Shown here piece by piece: positions 36,280-38,738 of a DNA stretch of 38,738 nucleotides. This DNA comes from Bdellovibrionota bacterium. GTDB lineage: Bacteria; Bdellovibrionota; UBA1018; UBA923. The stretch is from contig JBFMCE010000032.1 in assembly GCA_040754655.1 (NCBI GenBank), positions 1-38,738 on the forward strand, given 5' to 3'. The stretch's first letter is position 1. The number at the start of each line of letters is the position of its first letter. A program made the position numbers and the translations under genes. The notes under the pieces were generated by a model. The model made no database searches, was not told the origin of the DNA, and saw nothing but the letters and a program-made list of their open reading frames with translations.

Positions 36280-37101
36280 CTAGCGATAAAGACGATTGAT
36301 CACATTCACCACGCCAGTCAAACTGAGGCGCACAGGATGCGTGAATACCGGGAATCTGAGCAACAGGCGCGCGATCGGGGGGCTCACGCGGTAGTAACTT
36401 TCAATGAAGAGTTTTCCGGGTTTGCTGGCTGAGAGCGTCTGATCCCTGAATTTTTGCAGTACTGCCACCTCTTCCGATTTAGGGCCGAAAACAGAGGTCG
36501 CGATAAAGCATTTTGAAAGCTGCTTTACGACGAGTTGGTGGGCGTTCTTGAAATCTTGGACGTGTATCGCTGTTCCAGAGGCGATGTATTTTCGAATCGC
36601 TTCAGACGCTAAAATGACATGGGGTCTTTCAATCGAAAATTCGATGAATTTATTTAGCGCGAATCTGAGTTCAGCGGTGTGGCCTTTCATATGGTCATAG
36701 ATCTTGGCCATGTCCCAGTAAATACCTGCGATCAGCAAGATCTCGCCAGCTTCTTCTTTGGTCTTGAAATGACTCACGGTCAAAGTGCCCTGACTGACCC
36801 CGTACCGAGCCTCTAATATGCTGAGATAGTCGCGAAATGAGCGAAGAGCGTCGGGCAGCTTGCCTTCTTCGTAAAGCTTGACTCCTCTTTTCGCGATATC
36901 GATGCGCTTACGCCAGGCTTCAGCTTGTTTGTGGGCTTGTTGCCGTTCAAAGGCTTCCTGGATGGTCTTTCGTACTTTTGAAGAAAAACGTTTTGAAGAG
37001 CATTTATCGCAGATGAGAAGGCCGTTCACATCTTTGAGGCGCACGCCTTCTACTTTGCAAGCGGGACACTTGCCGGTTTGGCCAGATTGGTTGGTCGACA
37101 T
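36280..37101 (-). CDS. CFI-box-CTERM domain protein with N-terminal Zn ribbon and TPR-like helices
   Basis: CPAC...CDKC at the N-terminus; C-terminal CFIATSVFG...V..L..FRD..L...GKLFI..YY..SPP. Confidence 0.8.
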   Translation of the reverse strand: MSTNQSGQTGKCPACKVEGVRLKDVNGLLICDKCSSKRFSSKVRKTIQEAFERQQAHKQAEAWRKRIDIAKRGVKLYEEGKLPDALRSFRDYLSILEARYGVSQGTLTVSHFKTKEEAGEILLIAGIYWDMAKIYDHMKGHTAELRFALNKFIEFSIERPHVILASEAIRKYIASGTAIHVQDFKNAHQLVVKQLSKCFIATSVFGPKSEEVAVLQKFRDQTLSASKPGKLFIESYYRVSPPIARLLLRFPVFTHPVRLSLTGVVNVINRLYR

Positions 37102-37109
37102 ATGAGATA

Positions 37110-38738
37110 TTATAAAGTTGTAACGGGATCGACATCAATGAATCTGATGCCTTCCTTGCGCAATGTCTTGATTACCGCATTCAAAGAGGAAGATTTTTCC
37201 GACTTCAAAAGTATTTGCCATCTGAACTGATTTGCGATTCGAGCGATTGAAGCCGCGGCCGGACCAAGGTATTCAAATCCTTTTTCTTGCGGATTCAAAT
37301 GTTCAAGCAAAGAACGGATGCGCTCAGCCTCGCCCTTTGCACGGTCCTCTCGCGTGTCGCGAAACTCGATCTGCGCCATTCTCGAGAAAGGGGGGTAACC
37401 GAACTGCTGCCTGGATTCAATTTCTTGGCGATAAAATTCCAAGTAATCCTGTTTCGCGGCTGTCTGAATGACATAGTGGTCGGGAAGAAACGTTTGCAGA
37501 ATGACTTTTCCAGGCTTATCGCCCCTTCCCGCCCTTCCTGAAACTTGGGTCAACAGCTGGAAGGTGCGTTCGCCCGCCCTGAAGTCAGGCAAGTGCAAAT
37601 TCAAATCAGCAAGCACAACGCCCACGAAAGTGACGTTCGGAAAATCATGGCCCTTCGCGAGCATCTGAGTGCCGACCAGAATTCGAATCTCGCCGCTTCG
37701 AAACCGTTCAAGCGTGTTCTCGAGTTTTTTTGCGGTGTCGGCCGTATCCGCGTCCAACCGCTCGACGCAGACCCCGGGAAAAAGGCGCTTCACCTCGTCT
37801 TCAACCAGTTCAGTACCCATTCCCATGTAACGAATTTCAAGCGACTGGCATTTTGAGCAGTTGTCGATGGCGCCCGTTCTCAATCCGCAGTAATGGCAGC
37901 GCAACTCCTTGCTGCGTTGGTAGTAAGTCAATGAGACGCTGCAGTTCACGCATTTCGGAACTTCCCCGCAGCCGCCGCACATCAAAAAGCTCGAGAACCC
38001 TTTTCGGTTCACAAAGATCAGGGCTTGGTCGCCATTCTGCAGGGTCTCTGAAACGGCAGCCCGCATTTTTTGGCTCAATAAAACGCGAGAATCCTTGGTA
38101 GCTTGGTCATAGTCGCGCGGCTCTTGCTTGAGGTCGACGACTTCGACGGTAGGCATAGGCCGTTCAAGCGGGCGTGATGCGAGTTTTAGCAAGGTGTGTT
38201 TGCCTGTTTCGGCGGAGTAAAACGTCTCAACCGCCGGAGTGGCCGAACCCAAGATTACCACAGCCTGGTGTTGAACCGCTCTGACCAGGGCGAGATCCCT
38301 TGCGCTGTATCTCAGCCTGTCTTCCTGTTTGTAAGAAGGCTCATGTTCTTCATCGACAACGATGAGTCCGATATTGGCCAGCGGCGCGAACAACCCCGAT
38401 CTCGCGCCCACCACGACTTTGCGCGTGCCTTTTAAAATGTCCCACCAAAATTCACGCCTCGTTTTTTCAGTGAGGCTTGAATGCAGCACGGCTACTTGAT
38501 CTCCGAAGCGATCTTCAAAGCGCCGCCGCAGTTGGGGAGTCAGGGCGATTTCAGGTACCAGGATCAGTGAGGTCCTGCCTTGTTCCAGCGCCTTTTGGGC
38601 AGAGCGTATGTAAACCTCGGTCTTTCCGCTGCCTGTGACTCCAAACAATAAAAATGATTTGAAAATTCGATCGTCGAAAGATTTTTGAATGAGATCCATG
38701 GCCGCCTGCTGGTCTTTCGTCAAAACTTGGGCGGCCTT
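37110..38738 (-). CDS. priA: Primosomal protein N' (partial; 5' end beyond the window)
   Basis: GVTGSGKTEVY, LVPEIALTPQ, DEEHE, GSATP, Cys-rich region, GTQMLAKGHDFP, QVSGRAGR. The frame stays open to the window edge. Confidence 0.98.
   Translation of the reverse strand, partial: KAAQVLTKDQQAAMDLIQKSFDDRIFKSFLLFGVTGSGKTEVYIRSAQKALEQGRTSLILVPEIALTPQLRRRFEDRFGDQVAVLHSSLTEKTRREFWWDILKGTRKVVVGARSGLFAPLANIGLIVVDEEHEPSYKQEDRLRYSARDLALVRAVQHQAVVILGSATPAVETFYSAETGKHTLLKLASRPLERPMPTVEVVDLKQEPRDYDQATKDSRVLLSQKMRAAVSETLQNGDQALIFVNRKGFSSFLMCGGCGEVPKCVNCSVSLTYYQRSKELRCHYCGLRTGAIDNCSKCQSLEIRYMGMGTELVEDEVKRLFPGVCVERLDADTADTAKKLENTLERFRSGEIRILVGTQMLAKGHDFPNVTFVGVVLADLNLHLPDFRAGERTFQLLTQVSGRAGRGDKPGKVILQTFLPDHYVIQTAAKQDYLEFYRQEIESRQQFGYPPFSRMAQIEFRDTREDRAKGEAERIRSLLEHLNPQEKGFEYLGPAAASIARIANQFRWQILLKSEKSSSLNAVIKTLRKEGIRFIDVDPVTTL

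Overview
Bacterial chromosomal window of roughly 50% GC (by eye). The gene content suggests a Bdellovibrionota-type organism (predatory lineage); this is inference, not a computed placement. The left ~15.6 kb is accessory and rich in exported proteins: a Pro/Thr-linker glycoside hydrolase-like protein, an MltD-like lytic transglycosylase, a beta-carbonic anhydrase/SulP operon, lipoproteins and orphan secreted proteins. The right ~23 kb is mostly housekeeping: ampG, patatin, ligA, radA, glpK, tlpA, PAP2, an lptG-def-fmt-rpe-hutH-hutI run, lepB and partial priA, with two inserted signal-peptide-bearing enzymes. I saw no rRNA, tRNA, CRISPR array or transposase. Top leads: (1) a signal-peptide-bearing protein with about nine basic helical repeats ending in a degenerate RpoH-like sigma domain without region 4, split over two ORFs by a -1 frameshift at an A5 run followed by a hairpin; (2) a leader ORF ending in KPP whose Pro-Pro codons form an anti-Shine-Dalgarno for the carbonic anhydrase gene, which is arrest-peptide architecture; (3) a histidine ammonia-lyase with a natural Ala-Cys-Gly MIO triad instead of Ala-Ser-Gly.
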